DNA from: a virus
Lineage: Duplodnaviria > Caudoviricetes
Direction: 5' to 3' (one strand)
IMG/VR virus record: IMGVR_UViG_3300025018_000136
Span: 13,062 to 77,061 of that record
DNA: 64,000 nt
Position numbers and translations under genes: made by a program. Shown here in pieces: positions 56,006 through 64,000 of this stretch. Numbering within the stretch: position 1 is the first letter of the stretch; the number at the start of each line of letters is the position of its first letter. The notes under the pieces are model-generated. The model saw nothing but the letters and a program-made list of their open reading frames with translations, did not search any database and was not told the DNA's origin.

Positions 56006-57067
56006 ATGAAACTTTTATACATAGGTGCTGAAAGCGCAAATTGGGTAATTACTCTATGTAACGAAATGTGTAAACTTGGGCACGAAGTTACCTGTGTTGT
56101 TCAACAAAAAGATGAATATGATGCAGGAACAATTGTTAAATATCATAAGAATCTTACACGTATAAATGTTGAATGGGATGATTTCTTTAATCCTTTGAGA
56201 ATTAAATCTAAACTTGTAAGAGAATTAACAACTAATAAATATGATTGGGTTTTTGGTTCTCATGCTCCTATTAGTCCAGTTGTCGCAGATATTGCAAGGA
56301 CTTATAGGCTTCCATGGGGAATAATGTTATTAGACATACCAAAGGATTTAATGGAACAAGACAGAAATAGAATGTTGCAATGGATTCAATGGTTTGACAT
56401 TTTAAAATATGCTAACGTGATGGTGTTTAACACATATGTAGCTAGAGACTTATATTATGAATATACAAAACAATGGTTTGATGACACCCACGTTATAACA
56501 TATGGAACGTCTTTTAACGAAGAATATTTTATGTCTGGTGTTGGTAAAGATGATAATTATATTTTGAGTATTTGCAGATTAACTAATATGAAAGCTGTTA
56601 GTTCGATAACTAAAGCTCTTGGTGAGTTAAAGAATCCTCCAAAACAAGTTATAATTGGTAGAGATAGGGGGGACCTTAACGAAATAAAATATTTTGCTGC
56701 AGAGAACGGTGTTGATATTGAACATCACGAAAATGTAACAGAAAAAGAGAAATATGAGTTAATTAAGAATTGTACATGTTTAATTTATCCTCAAGAGTCG
56801 GAGTATATAGGAGGATTAAGTCCTTGGGAAGGATTATATGTAGGAAAACCAGTGATTTGTAAGGACTATAAAGTTCTTAGAGAACTTTACAAGGGGGCTA
56901 ACATTATTTATGCTACCCCTTTTAATACAGAAAAACTTACACAAGCAATAGCTATTGTTAGAGAACTTAAAACTTTTGACTTCCTTGTTAAGAAAGATGC
57001 AGAGTTGGCAAAAAGAGAAGCTTCGTTTGAGTATATGGCAAAACAATTAGTGGGGTTGATGAAATAA
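56006..57067 (+). CDS. Glycosyltransferase family 4-like
   Basis: LSICRLTNMK, LIYPQESE..GLSPWEGL..GKPVI. Confidence 0.8.
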   Translation: MKLLYIGAESANWVITLCNEMCKLGHEVTCVVQQKDEYDAGTIVKYHKNLTRINVEWDDFFNPLRIKSKLVRELTTNKYDWVFGSHAPISPVVADIARTYRLPWGIMLLDIPKDLMEQDRNRMLQWIQWFDILKYANVMVFNTYVARDLYYEYTKQWFDDTHVITYGTSFNEEYFMSGVGKDDNYILSICRLTNMKAVSSITKALGELKNPPKQVIIGRDRGDLNEIKYFAAENGVDIEHHENVTEKEKYELIKNCTCLIYPQESEYIGGLSPWEGLYVGKPVICKDYKVLRELYKGANIIYATPFNTEKLTQAIAIVRELKTFDFLVKKDAELAKREASFEYMAKQLVGLMK

Positions 57068-58110
57068 TGGAAATCTTGCTTATAGGAGCGTTTGAAGACC
57101 AACAAACTGGGATTTATATTGCACGCTCAATGTTTGAACTAGAGCATACGGTGGAAGCTATAGATTCTAGAAAATTCTTTCAAGAATTAGGGTCTATAGA
57201 AAGTCAAAAAGCAATAATTGCCGAGATAGACGATTATGCAACACAATATTATCCTAAAATGATAATGATTCTTAAAGGATTAGAACTTCATCCCGCTACT
57301 ATACAATACTTAAAAGAAAAATTTCCTGATGCAAAATTAGTGAATTGGTTTTTTGATGTTTATTTAGGAGAAGAACCAATTTGGAAAGCAAAAGAATATT
57401 TATCAGTAATAAAAATGTTTGATTATTATATTTGTAGTCTTAAAGGTGTTGCTGATAAACTGAGAGAAGATGGTTTTGATAATGTTTATTATGTTGACGA
57501 AGCTTGTTATCCGCAATCTAATGGTGAAGTTCATATGAATTGGTATCAAACTGTAAAATATGGTAATGATGTTTCATTTGTTGGCGCATTAGGATATTTA
57601 AAACAACATTCTAATAGGACAAAAATCTTAAAAAAAGTGTCTAAAGAATGTTTTAATTTATCAATTTGGGGGCCTATTGTTGAAGACTGGACTAAAATAG
57701 GCGTAGAACTTAAACCTCATCATCGTGGTAAGTCAGTTATTAATGAGACACATAGTATGGTTGCTCAATCAAGTCTAATTAATCTTGGAATAGACCAGAA
57801 TAGGGATATAGATATGGGGCATAGTGCTAGACTTTATAGGGTTATGTGTGCTGGAGGTTTATATTTACTTAATGCTACTAAAGGAGTAGATAAAATGTTT
57901 AAAGTTAATAAGGATGGAGCTGAGATTACTGGGGATGAAGAATTAGTTTTTTATTATAGTGAGGACGATTTAATTAACAAAATTGATTTTTTACTTGAAC
58001 ACGACGACATAAGAAAAAAGATTGCTAAAAATGGTCAGAAAGCAGTTTTAGAAAAACACAAATTCACTGGCCGAATAAATGAGATAATAGAATTAATAGG
58101 TGAAAAATAA
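57067..58110 (+). CDS. CgeB-like GT-B glycosyltransferase
   Basis: DVSFVG, SLINLGI, SARLYRVMCAGG, LINKIDFLL..RKKIAKNGQ. Confidence 0.82.
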   Translation: MEILLIGAFEDQQTGIYIARSMFELEHTVEAIDSRKFFQELGSIESQKAIIAEIDDYATQYYPKMIMILKGLELHPATIQYLKEKFPDAKLVNWFFDVYLGEEPIWKAKEYLSVIKMFDYYICSLKGVADKLREDGFDNVYYVDEACYPQSNGEVHMNWYQTVKYGNDVSFVGALGYLKQHSNRTKILKKVSKECFNLSIWGPIVEDWTKIGVELKPHHRGKSVINETHSMVAQSSLINLGIDQNRDIDMGHSARLYRVMCAGGLYLLNATKGVDKMFKVNKDGAEITGDEELVFYYSEDDLINKIDFLLEHDDIRKKIAKNGQKAVLEKHKFTGRINEIIELIGEK

Positions 58111-58334
58111 TGGGAAGATTGAAATGCGGACACAACGATACTTGGACTATGAGACTTGTTGACAGAGGAATTAGGTATGCTTTTTGTATTGGTTGTTTAG
58201 TAGAAGCAACAGGAATAAAAGATATTAATGGACGAGACGTTATAAATATGAAACAAAATCAGGAATCTACTGTTGAGAAACAAGTTATAGTAAAAACTCC
58301 TGATAAGAAAAAAGAAGATGCAAAAGTGAATTAA
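58110..58334 (+). CDS. Small Zn-binding protein
   Basis: CGH...CIGC. Confidence 0.5.
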   Translation: MGRLKCGHNDTWTMRLVDRGIRYAFCIGCLVEATGIKDINGRDVINMKQNQESTVEKQVIVKTPDKKKEDAKVN

Positions 58335-58338
58335 TTAA

Positions 58339-60024
58339 ATGAGGACTTATAACGACATTTACGAATCATATCTCGAATGGACTTACGAGAGAACTGGAAA
58401 AGACTCTTATCTTCCAGAGAATTTCTTTGATAAAAGATTTCCCGAAGAAGAAATAAGGACTAGAAAAGCTTTCTTATATAAGAATATACTTGAGAAATGT
58501 TATCATCCTATAGATGGTATGTTTTACTTTACCAAATTCGTTATAGGTGGTCTAGAAGAGATTGGTTATCCAACTCCTTTTAGGTTTAATACTCTACTTA
58601 GAAAATGGGATAAGCTCGTCAAAAGCAAGAAAAGACTTTCTGTTCTGTGTGCTAGAGGACATGGTAAATCATTGTTTTTTTCTCAGATTGGAAACATTTA
58701 TGAAACATTTCTTTTTTCTAATAGGAGAATATTGATTGAATCTGCTAGTCAGGAACAAGCCGACATTTTATTAGAAGAAATCAAAAGAATAATTGAGAAC
58801 AACGAATGGCTTGCTACAAAGATTAATAAGGATAAATGGCGTGCTGGTATGCTTGGTTATAATGGTGGCTTCATTCTTGGTAAAGGATTTGGTTCTGAGA
58901 TTAGAGGATTACATCTTGATAAGATTGTTATTGACGATATTTTGAGAAGTGATAATAAACTTTCAGACCAAGAGATTGAAGATTTTATTGATATGGTATT
59001 GTCTCCTATGCTTCTAAACAGAAAAGGACAAATGATACTTGTTGGTACACCAAAGAGCGAAACAGATATTTTTATGACTATTAAACGTAGAATTAAAGAA
59101 GGTAGTGTTTGGACACTTAAAGAATATCCTGCTATATTAGATTTTGATAATAAAATACTACAGTGCCCTGATAGATTTAGTTGGGAGGATATCATTAATA
59201 AGCGTCTTGAGATGGGAGCATTAAAGTTTAGTAGAGAATATCAATTAGAATTTTTTTCTCGTGACCAGAGTTTGTTTCCAGAAGAGATTATTAATCCAGC
59301 TAAAGAACGCGGAGAATCTTTGTCATTAATGAGAGTTGGTGAAAACTTGGGTCCTAACTGGTCTTATGTTGGTGGAGTTGATGTTGCTAGAAGTGGTAGT
59401 GCTAGTGCAGATTACACTGTGGTGTTTATTCTAGCTTATAATCAGATATCTCAAGAGAAACGTATAGCTCATATGTGGAGAGAGAAAGGAATGAAGATTC
59501 GTGACCAAGCTGCAAGAATAGCAGAACTATCTGTTAAGTTTAATCATCCATTATTCGTTGTTGAACAAAACAATGTTGGTATTGATATGATTGATGAATT
59601 GGTTGATGAGTTCAATGTTAATGTTCAAGCGTTTATTACTGGCGGTAGAGGTCAGAAGAAAGATGATTTAATAAGATTTTTGATTACCGCGTTTGAATAT
59701 GACCAGATGATTATTCCTCGTGGAGACAGATTTTCTAGAGAAGCAATGGATATTTTGGAATATGAGCTTGCTAAGTTTTGCACAACTCTTACTCATGCTG
59801 GTAATGAACAATTTAAAGGTATGGGAGCACATGACGATACAGTTATGGCTTTAGCTTTGGCTAATAGAGGCACTCAAGAGTTAGGAATTCCTTTTGCTGT
59901 CACCAATTTTGGTGGTGGCGGAAGCAATAGTCATATGAAAGAGTATGATGCGCTTATGGATGTTGGTTCTAATAGAAAAGAATCAGATTTAGTACAAAAA
60001 ATACGAATGGGCATCATTAAGTAG
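58339..60024 (+). CDS. terL: Terminase large subunit
   Basis: Walker A ARGHGKS, Walker B IVIDD, LVGTP, GVDVA, HDDTVMALALA. Confidence 0.93.
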   Translation: MRTYNDIYESYLEWTYERTGKDSYLPENFFDKRFPEEEIRTRKAFLYKNILEKCYHPIDGMFYFTKFVIGGLEEIGYPTPFRFNTLLRKWDKLVKSKKRLSVLCARGHGKSLFFSQIGNIYETFLFSNRRILIESASQEQADILLEEIKRIIENNEWLATKINKDKWRAGMLGYNGGFILGKGFGSEIRGLHLDKIVIDDILRSDNKLSDQEIEDFIDMVLSPMLLNRKGQMILVGTPKSETDIFMTIKRRIKEGSVWTLKEYPAILDFDNKILQCPDRFSWEDIINKRLEMGALKFSREYQLEFFSRDQSLFPEEIINPAKERGESLSLMRVGENLGPNWSYVGGVDVARSGSASADYTVVFILAYNQISQEKRIAHMWREKGMKIRDQAARIAELSVKFNHPLFVVEQNNVGIDMIDELVDEFNVNVQAFITGGRGQKKDDLIRFLITAFEYDQMIIPRGDRFSREAMDILEYELAKFCTTLTHAGNEQFKGMGAHDDTVMALALANRGTQELGIPFAVTNFGGGGSNSHMKEYDALMDVGSNRKESDLVQKIRMGIIK

Positions 60025-60300
60025 GTGAATAATATGGAAGAAGATAGTTATTATGATTTAGGTATTGGAGAATGTAGCACTGATTTAACATTTACTGTAC
60101 AAGATTGCACTGTTAGATGTGATAATATGGACAGTTATGCTGTTTTTAATATTGGATGTGTTGAATCTCAAGATTTTGAGGTTTTTTATAAGGGAGAAAA
60201 GCTAATTAATGTTGCATCTATTACTATTTCTCCTGGTACTATGATATTTGAAGAAAAAAAGTCTTGGAAGGAGAAGATTGAAAGTGGCAAGTACGACTAA
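60025..60300 (+). CDS. Hypothetical acidic protein
   Basis: Coupled ORF. Confidence 0.5.
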   Translation: MNNMEEDSYYDLGIGECSTDLTFTVQDCTVRCDNMDSYAVFNIGCVESQDFEVFYKGEKLINVASITISPGTMIFEEKKSWKEKIESGKYD

Positions 60301-60655
60301 ACTCACCAAAGCTAAAGCAAAAGAGATACTTATGTTCATGAATAAATATAAATATCTCGTTGGTATGAGCGATTGGGGGATAGTTATTAATGAGGATATC
60401 GCTATTAATGCTGATTTTAAAGCTGAAGTAGAAACAGATATTTATGAGCAGATTATGAAGCTTCAAGTTTCTACTAGTTTTATGAATAGTAGTATTAATA
60501 TGCAGCGTTCAATACTTATTCATGAGCTTATTCATGGGAGGATTAACGCTTATGACAACAAATTGGAGAAATTTATAGATATAGAGCAAGAAATTCTTGC
60601 TAATGATTTAGAAAGAGGTATGATGAGTATTTTAAAATTTGAAGAGGATGAATGA
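60284..60655 (+). CDS. HExxH metallopeptidase-like protein
   Basis: ILIHELIH; GTG start at 60284 is likely. Confidence 0.6.
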   Translation: MASTTKLTKAKAKEILMFMNKYKYLVGMSDWGIVINEDIAINADFKAEVETDIYEQIMKLQVSTSFMNSSINMQRSILIHELIHGRINAYDNKLEKFIDIEQEILANDLERGMMSILKFEEDE

Positions 60656-60658
60656 AAA

Positions 60659-60991
60659 ATGATGGTTGCTTATGTGGCTGGGCCTTACAGGGCTGCTACA
60701 CACAAAGAAGTTGTTGATAATATTAGAAGAGCAGAAGAAATAACTGTTAACCTTTTGAAAAGAGGGTTCGCTGTTATTTGTCCACACAAAAATTATCAGT
60801 GGTTAAATGGTATAATGGATGATGATAAATGGATACCTGCAACTGTTGAACTTGTTTCTCGTTGTGATTTTGTCGTTATGATAGATGGTTGGGAGAATAG
60901 TGAGGGGTCACGTGCTGAGCATGAATACGCTGTTGAAGATGGTATTCCTATTTTTTATAAAGTTGAGGATGTAAAATATGACACAAACTAG
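60659..60991 (+). CDS. Nucleoside deoxyribosyltransferase-like protein (DUF4406/DUF1937 type)
   Basis: YVAGPY, VICPH, CD..V..GWENSEGSRAE. Confidence 0.78.
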   Translation: MMVAYVAGPYRAATHKEVVDNIRRAEEITVNLLKRGFAVICPHKNYQWLNGIMDDDKWIPATVELVSRCDFVVMIDGWENSEGSRAEHEYAVEDGIPIFYKVEDVKYDTN

Positions 60992-61145
60992 AAGAAGGCC
61001 TGGTAGGCCAAGTAAAAAAAGAAGTTTTGATGATGTTGAGGAAGCCAAGAATAGGCAGCCTTTGATTACAGCAGCTGGTGATAGACCTACTTATGTTGAT
61101 AAGAAGAGATTAACAGCTGAGATTGATATGGAGCAGGTGGAATAA
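60978..61145 (+). CDS. Small AT-hook protein (55 aa, not in ORF track)
   Basis: RRRPGRPSKK; coupled on both sides. Confidence 0.6.
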   Translation: MTQTRRRPGRPSKKRSFDDVEEAKNRQPLITAAGDRPTYVDKKRLTAEIDMEQVE

Positions 61146-61146
61146 A

Positions 61147-61749
61147 ATGGGAGCAATTAAAGAACATGCTTTGAGAGAATTACGAATTATTGGTTATGAT
61201 GATAAAGCTCTTGAGGATGAAGTGAATAAAGGGATGTTTGATAGTATTATGACGTTGGTTGATACTTTTGAGTCTCAAGGACATAGTGGTATTTCTGCAG
61301 AATATGCTGTTAGGATTTTTAACAAGTTGGCTAGTTTTCAGGCTTTGAGTCCTATAACTAAGAGTTCTGATGAATGGAAAGATGTTTCAGCAGAAAATTC
61401 TGGGAAGCCTTTGTGGCAGAATAATCGAGACCCACGTTTCTTTTCTGAAGATGGTGGAGAAACTTGGTATTCTTTAGACGAAAAACAACCAACAACAAAC
61501 AATACAAAGGAAGAAGATAACACAAATAATGATTCTGATGCTGTAGAGGAAACTGAAGAGTCTTCTAAAAAAGCTGATGATAAGAAGGAGGAAGCTCCTT
61601 CTACTAAAACTGAAGAATCTAGCGATGATTCAGGTGAAGAAAAGAAAGAAGAAACGAATGAGGAGAATGAAAATGAACCAAAGACAAAAGGACAATCTGG
61701 AGAACCTACGAGCGACGATAGCAACATTTCAGATGGAAACAAAGAGTAA
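61147..61749 (+). CDS. Conserved phage protein (GHSG motif) with acidic tail
   Basis: FESQGHSG.SA, LSPIT...EW, WQNNRDPR.F.EDGG.TW. Confidence 0.7.
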   Translation: MGAIKEHALRELRIIGYDDKALEDEVNKGMFDSIMTLVDTFESQGHSGISAEYAVRIFNKLASFQALSPITKSSDEWKDVSAENSGKPLWQNNRDPRFFSEDGGETWYSLDEKQPTTNNTKEEDNTNNDSDAVEETEESSKKADDKKEEAPSTKTEESSDDSGEEKKEETNEENENEPKTKGQSGEPTSDDSNISDGNKE

Positions 61750-61915
61750 CTCAGTTCTAGATTATACTCAATGGGTTGAGAATAGGGAGACTCTTATTGC
61801 TAAGCAGAGAGAGGATATGGAACGACAACAAAAAACATTTAATGATGCCGCTAAAGAACAACCAGTTGTTGAGAAGGTTAATAAGAAGGTAGAGGTAGTT
61901 GAAGATGGAAATTAG
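61733..61915 (+). CDS. Hypothetical protein
   Basis: ATG 61733. Confidence 0.5.
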   Translation: METKSNSVLDYTQWVENRETLIAKQREDMERQQKTFNDAAKEQPVVEKVNKKVEVVEDGN

Positions 61916-62138
61916 ATTGATGGATAAGAATAAAGATACTGGCCGTTTTAATAACGTAGAAGTTTATTCTGAGGATGAATTTGACACGTTAGTTGCTAAC
62001 GCTGTTTTAGAGTCTGTTGCAGAGATTCCATGGTACAAACGTGTTGGTAAACAATATGTTGAGCGTGCTATTAATGGGGCTCTTTACAGAATCAATGATG
62101 AGTTTAAAGCTCGTCTTAAAGCCAATAAGAATCGGTAG
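61905..62138 (+). CDS. Hypothetical protein
   Basis: ATG 61905 after GAGGT. Confidence 0.55.
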   Translation: MEIRLMDKNKDTGRFNNVEVYSEDEFDTLVANAVLESVAEIPWYKRVGKQYVERAINGALYRINDEFKARLKANKNR

Positions 62139-62194
62139 GTGGCTCCTACCATTTTTCTTTTTAAATAGAGAACAACCAATAATAATAACACAAA

Positions 62195-62386
62195 ATGATG
62201 CCTATTTTTTTATCCGATAAATTACCGCACTTGTTCTCTATTAAACTATTTAAAAAAGACGGCACAGAAATTATTAACATACCAATAGACTTTAACTTTA
62301 ATAGTAAAGAAGACGAAGAATGGTTAATTCTTAGACTGTTAAAAGAGTCTAATAAATATACTTCTCGTCGTTATAGGTCTGTATAA
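62195..62386 (+). CDS. Hypothetical protein
   Basis: Short ORF, weak support. Confidence 0.35.
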   Translation: MMPIFLSDKLPHLFSIKLFKKDGTEIINIPIDFNFNSKEDEEWLILRLLKESNKYTSRRYRSV

Positions 62387-62677
62387 CACTGTCTATCTTT
62401 GATAGACTTGTCTTATAATAAGAGATTATAACACACCAATTTCTTCAATTTTTGTTCCGGATGTCGGGTAGGTAGTATTTTACGCTTTCTAGCTTCCTTT
62501 TAAACTATTCTTAATACGCTTTAATACACCTTATTTTAATGCGTTTTAATCATTACTTAAGCAACTCTTTTAACTACTTCTTAATAGCACACCGTGTACC
62601 GCGTTATTTATAAATAAACATTCATATTTAATTATTGTTTTCTTTATAAGCGTTACTTCTATTAAGTAACACTAAAA

Positions 62678-62811
62678 CAACGAAACCTTTATAAACTGAG
62701 TAGCGTTTCACTGAGTAGTAACAACAGCTTAAACTCTTGAATTCTTACGTTTTAAGCTCTCTATTCAAAAATATTAATAAAGTGTATACCAAAAACGAAA
62801 CATTTAAATAC
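62678..62811 (+). promoter_or_regulatory. Tandem BRE-TATA promoters
   Basis: CAACGAAACCTTTATAAA (62678) and AAACGAAACATTTAAATA (62793). Confidence 0.7.
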
Positions 62812-62827
62812 TTTCTCTGACCCAGTA

Positions 62828-63349
62828 GTGAGTATGACAACGACATTAAGCGTCGCAACGCACGACCATAAAAACAGCGTGAACGAAGCAACGACGGCAA
62901 AACAACAGCACCACATTACGCCTAATGGCTTAAAGAGTAGTAAAAAACTTACGCAACGCGAGAGTAGTGGCTTCATTGGCTGTTATACGTGCAACGTGCA
63001 GTTTACAGATATTGAAATGTTGCAACTGCTCGACGTGTTGAAGCTCGACCACTTTCATAAATCCACCGTTGAAGTGGCACTACTCAAGCACTTAAACGTT
63101 GCGCTTGACAACGTGAGAGTTAAAAAACCAGTGGTCGCAGTGGCAGATAAAACACCAGTTGCCACGACTGAGCAACTCGACGCCCAGCTACTAGACGCTA
63201 TTAGAGAAGCACGAACGCGCAACGTAAGTTTCGACGATATAAGAGCGAAACTTTCACACGCTGGTTTTACTGAGCAGAAAATAAACGCTCACTTTGAGAG
63301 CGTGACGGTTGCGCGACCAGTTGAGCCAGTCATACCAAAACTTTTTTAA
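62828..63349 (+). CDS. Hypothetical protein with a C-terminal DPANN/CPR-typical helical motif
   Basis: QLLDAIREARTRNVSFDDIRAKLSHAGFTEQKINAHF; CYTC..HFH possible Zn site. Confidence 0.6.
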   Translation: MSMTTTLSVATHDHKNSVNEATTAKQQHHITPNGLKSSKKLTQRESSGFIGCYTCNVQFTDIEMLQLLDVLKLDHFHKSTVEVALLKHLNVALDNVRVKKPVVAVADKTPVATTEQLDAQLLDAIREARTRNVSFDDIRAKLSHAGFTEQKINAHFESVTVARPVEPVIPKLF

Positions 63350-63380
63350 GTGGCTCTAGCCACTATTTTTTTTTATTTTT
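63349..63380 (+). terminator. Hairpin plus T-tract
   Basis: AGTGGC-TCTA-GCCACT then T-runs. Confidence 0.8.
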
Positions 63381-63430
63381 CCCAATGGTCGTGAGCGTGT
63401 TAAAATCACACCACGACAGGAGACACAAAA

Positions 63431-63649
63431 ATGAAAAACCCATTTAAAAGAACGACAACGTACGAAAACTTCAACGACTACAAAAACCATATTGAGAGCG
63501 TGGCACTCTTGCAGTGGCAAAACGCAACACGCAAAGCGTCGCTTAAAAACGTGGCTCGTGGTGGTATTACTGAAGAACAACGCCGCGAGAACGCACGACT
63601 GCGCGAGAATATCTCACGACTACGACAGCTTGAAGTTTTAACTTATTAA
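63431..63649 (+). CDS. Hypothetical protein
   Basis: AGGAG SD; own terminator. Confidence 0.65.
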   Translation: MKNPFKRTTTYENFNDYKNHIESVALLQWQNATRKASLKNVARGGITEEQRRENARLRENISRLRQLEVLTY

Positions 63650-63650
63650 C

Positions 63651-63680
63651 GTGGTGGCGACACCACAACTTTTTTATTTT
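63651..63680 (+). terminator. Hairpin plus T-tract
   Basis: GTGGTG-GCGA-CACCAC then TTTTTT. Confidence 0.8.
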
Positions 63681-63733
63681 CTCTTGTGGTCACTTACGGG
63701 TTAAATTCCTGTGGTGGTCTGGAGGAAAAGAAA

Positions 63734-63898
63734 ATGGAACAATGCGAAGACCTTATTAACCGAATGAGGAGAACACTAGAGCATTACGGACTAGAGTCTT
63801 ATTTACCTGAGAAGGTAGAAGAGGCAAGCGCAGTCAGTGGTTACGCAATGGACAACATCGGATTCGGAGTAGTACGTAAGCCTCGCACTCATCGGTAA
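63734..63898 (+). CDS. Hypothetical protein
   Basis: GGAGG SD before ATG 63734. Confidence 0.55.
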   Translation: MEQCEDLINRMRRTLEHYGLESYLPEKVEEASAVSGYAMDNIGFGVVRKPRTHR

Positions 63899-63910
63899 TT
63901 ACCTGAAGAA

Positions 63911-63961
63911 ACCGGGTAGCCCCACTGTCGCTCGTTGTCTCGGTGGTGGCTACCTTTTTTT
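63911..63961 (+). terminator. Long hairpin plus T-tract
   Basis: GGTAGCC...GGCTACC then TTTTTTT. Confidence 0.75.
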
Positions 63962-64000
63962 AGGTCTCACGGTTGAATGGTGGCCGTGGTCTGGCGTCTG

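Noticed and set aside
401-63580. Many antisense or overlapping ORFs in the track (e.g. 401-691, 8052-8444, 14901-15203, 30186-30509, 44543-44956, 61338-61742)
   Set aside because: They are shadows of well-supported genes on the opposite strand or frame, with no SD or motifs.
1-64000. CRISPR array or mini-array
   Set aside because: No regularly spaced direct repeats; the recurring ~35-bp motif is a dispersed promoter.
1-64000. Stop-codon reassignment
   Set aside because: Long genes are intact in the standard code, and TAA, TAG and TGA all end coupled genes.
63962-64000. GC-rich hairpin at the window end as a possible ncRNA
   Set aside because: Truncated by the window and too short to assign.
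1-64000. Integrase, att sites or host flanks (provirus)
   Set aside because: No recombinase and no host housekeeping genes in the window; lifestyle cannot be judged from this part.

Overview
A 64 kb, AT-rich segment of a tailed dsDNA archaeal virus (Caudoviricetes; siphovirus-like, since there is a tail tube and tape measure but no sheath). The host is most likely DPANN (Woesearchaeota/Pacearchaeota-like). This rests on BRE-TATA promoters, GGTGA/GGAGG Shine-Dalgarno sites, a DPANN-type S-layer-like gene and a DPANN-typical helical motif. There are four blocks. (1) 1-16991 (+): nucleotide metabolism and replication (class II RNR, two DNA MTases, cytidylyltransferase, two metallophosphoesterases, PolB, a degenerate primase, a resolvase) plus an S-layer-like gene. 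(2) 17098-49769 (-): the virion operon from portal to tail hub and a putative lysis trio. (3) 49946-62386 (+): regulators, TerS, a six-enzyme sugar/glycosyltransferase island, TerL and small genes. (4) 62460-64000: a compositionally distinct early-like segment. The selfish-element load is four LAGLIDADG inteins (RNR, phosphoesterase, PolB exonuclease domain, portal) and four free-standing endonuclease genes or remnants. The most striking observations are: a tail hub protein with five LamG domains nested inside one another; a virus-encoded S-layer protein alongside a Gmd/ColD-type glycan pathway, possibly a host-surface remodelling system; a motif-depleted terminal segment; a nested palindrome cluster right after terS; two apparent non-AUG starts; and a -1 frameshift in the tail chaperone. 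All product calls come from motif recognition by eye. No database searches were run.
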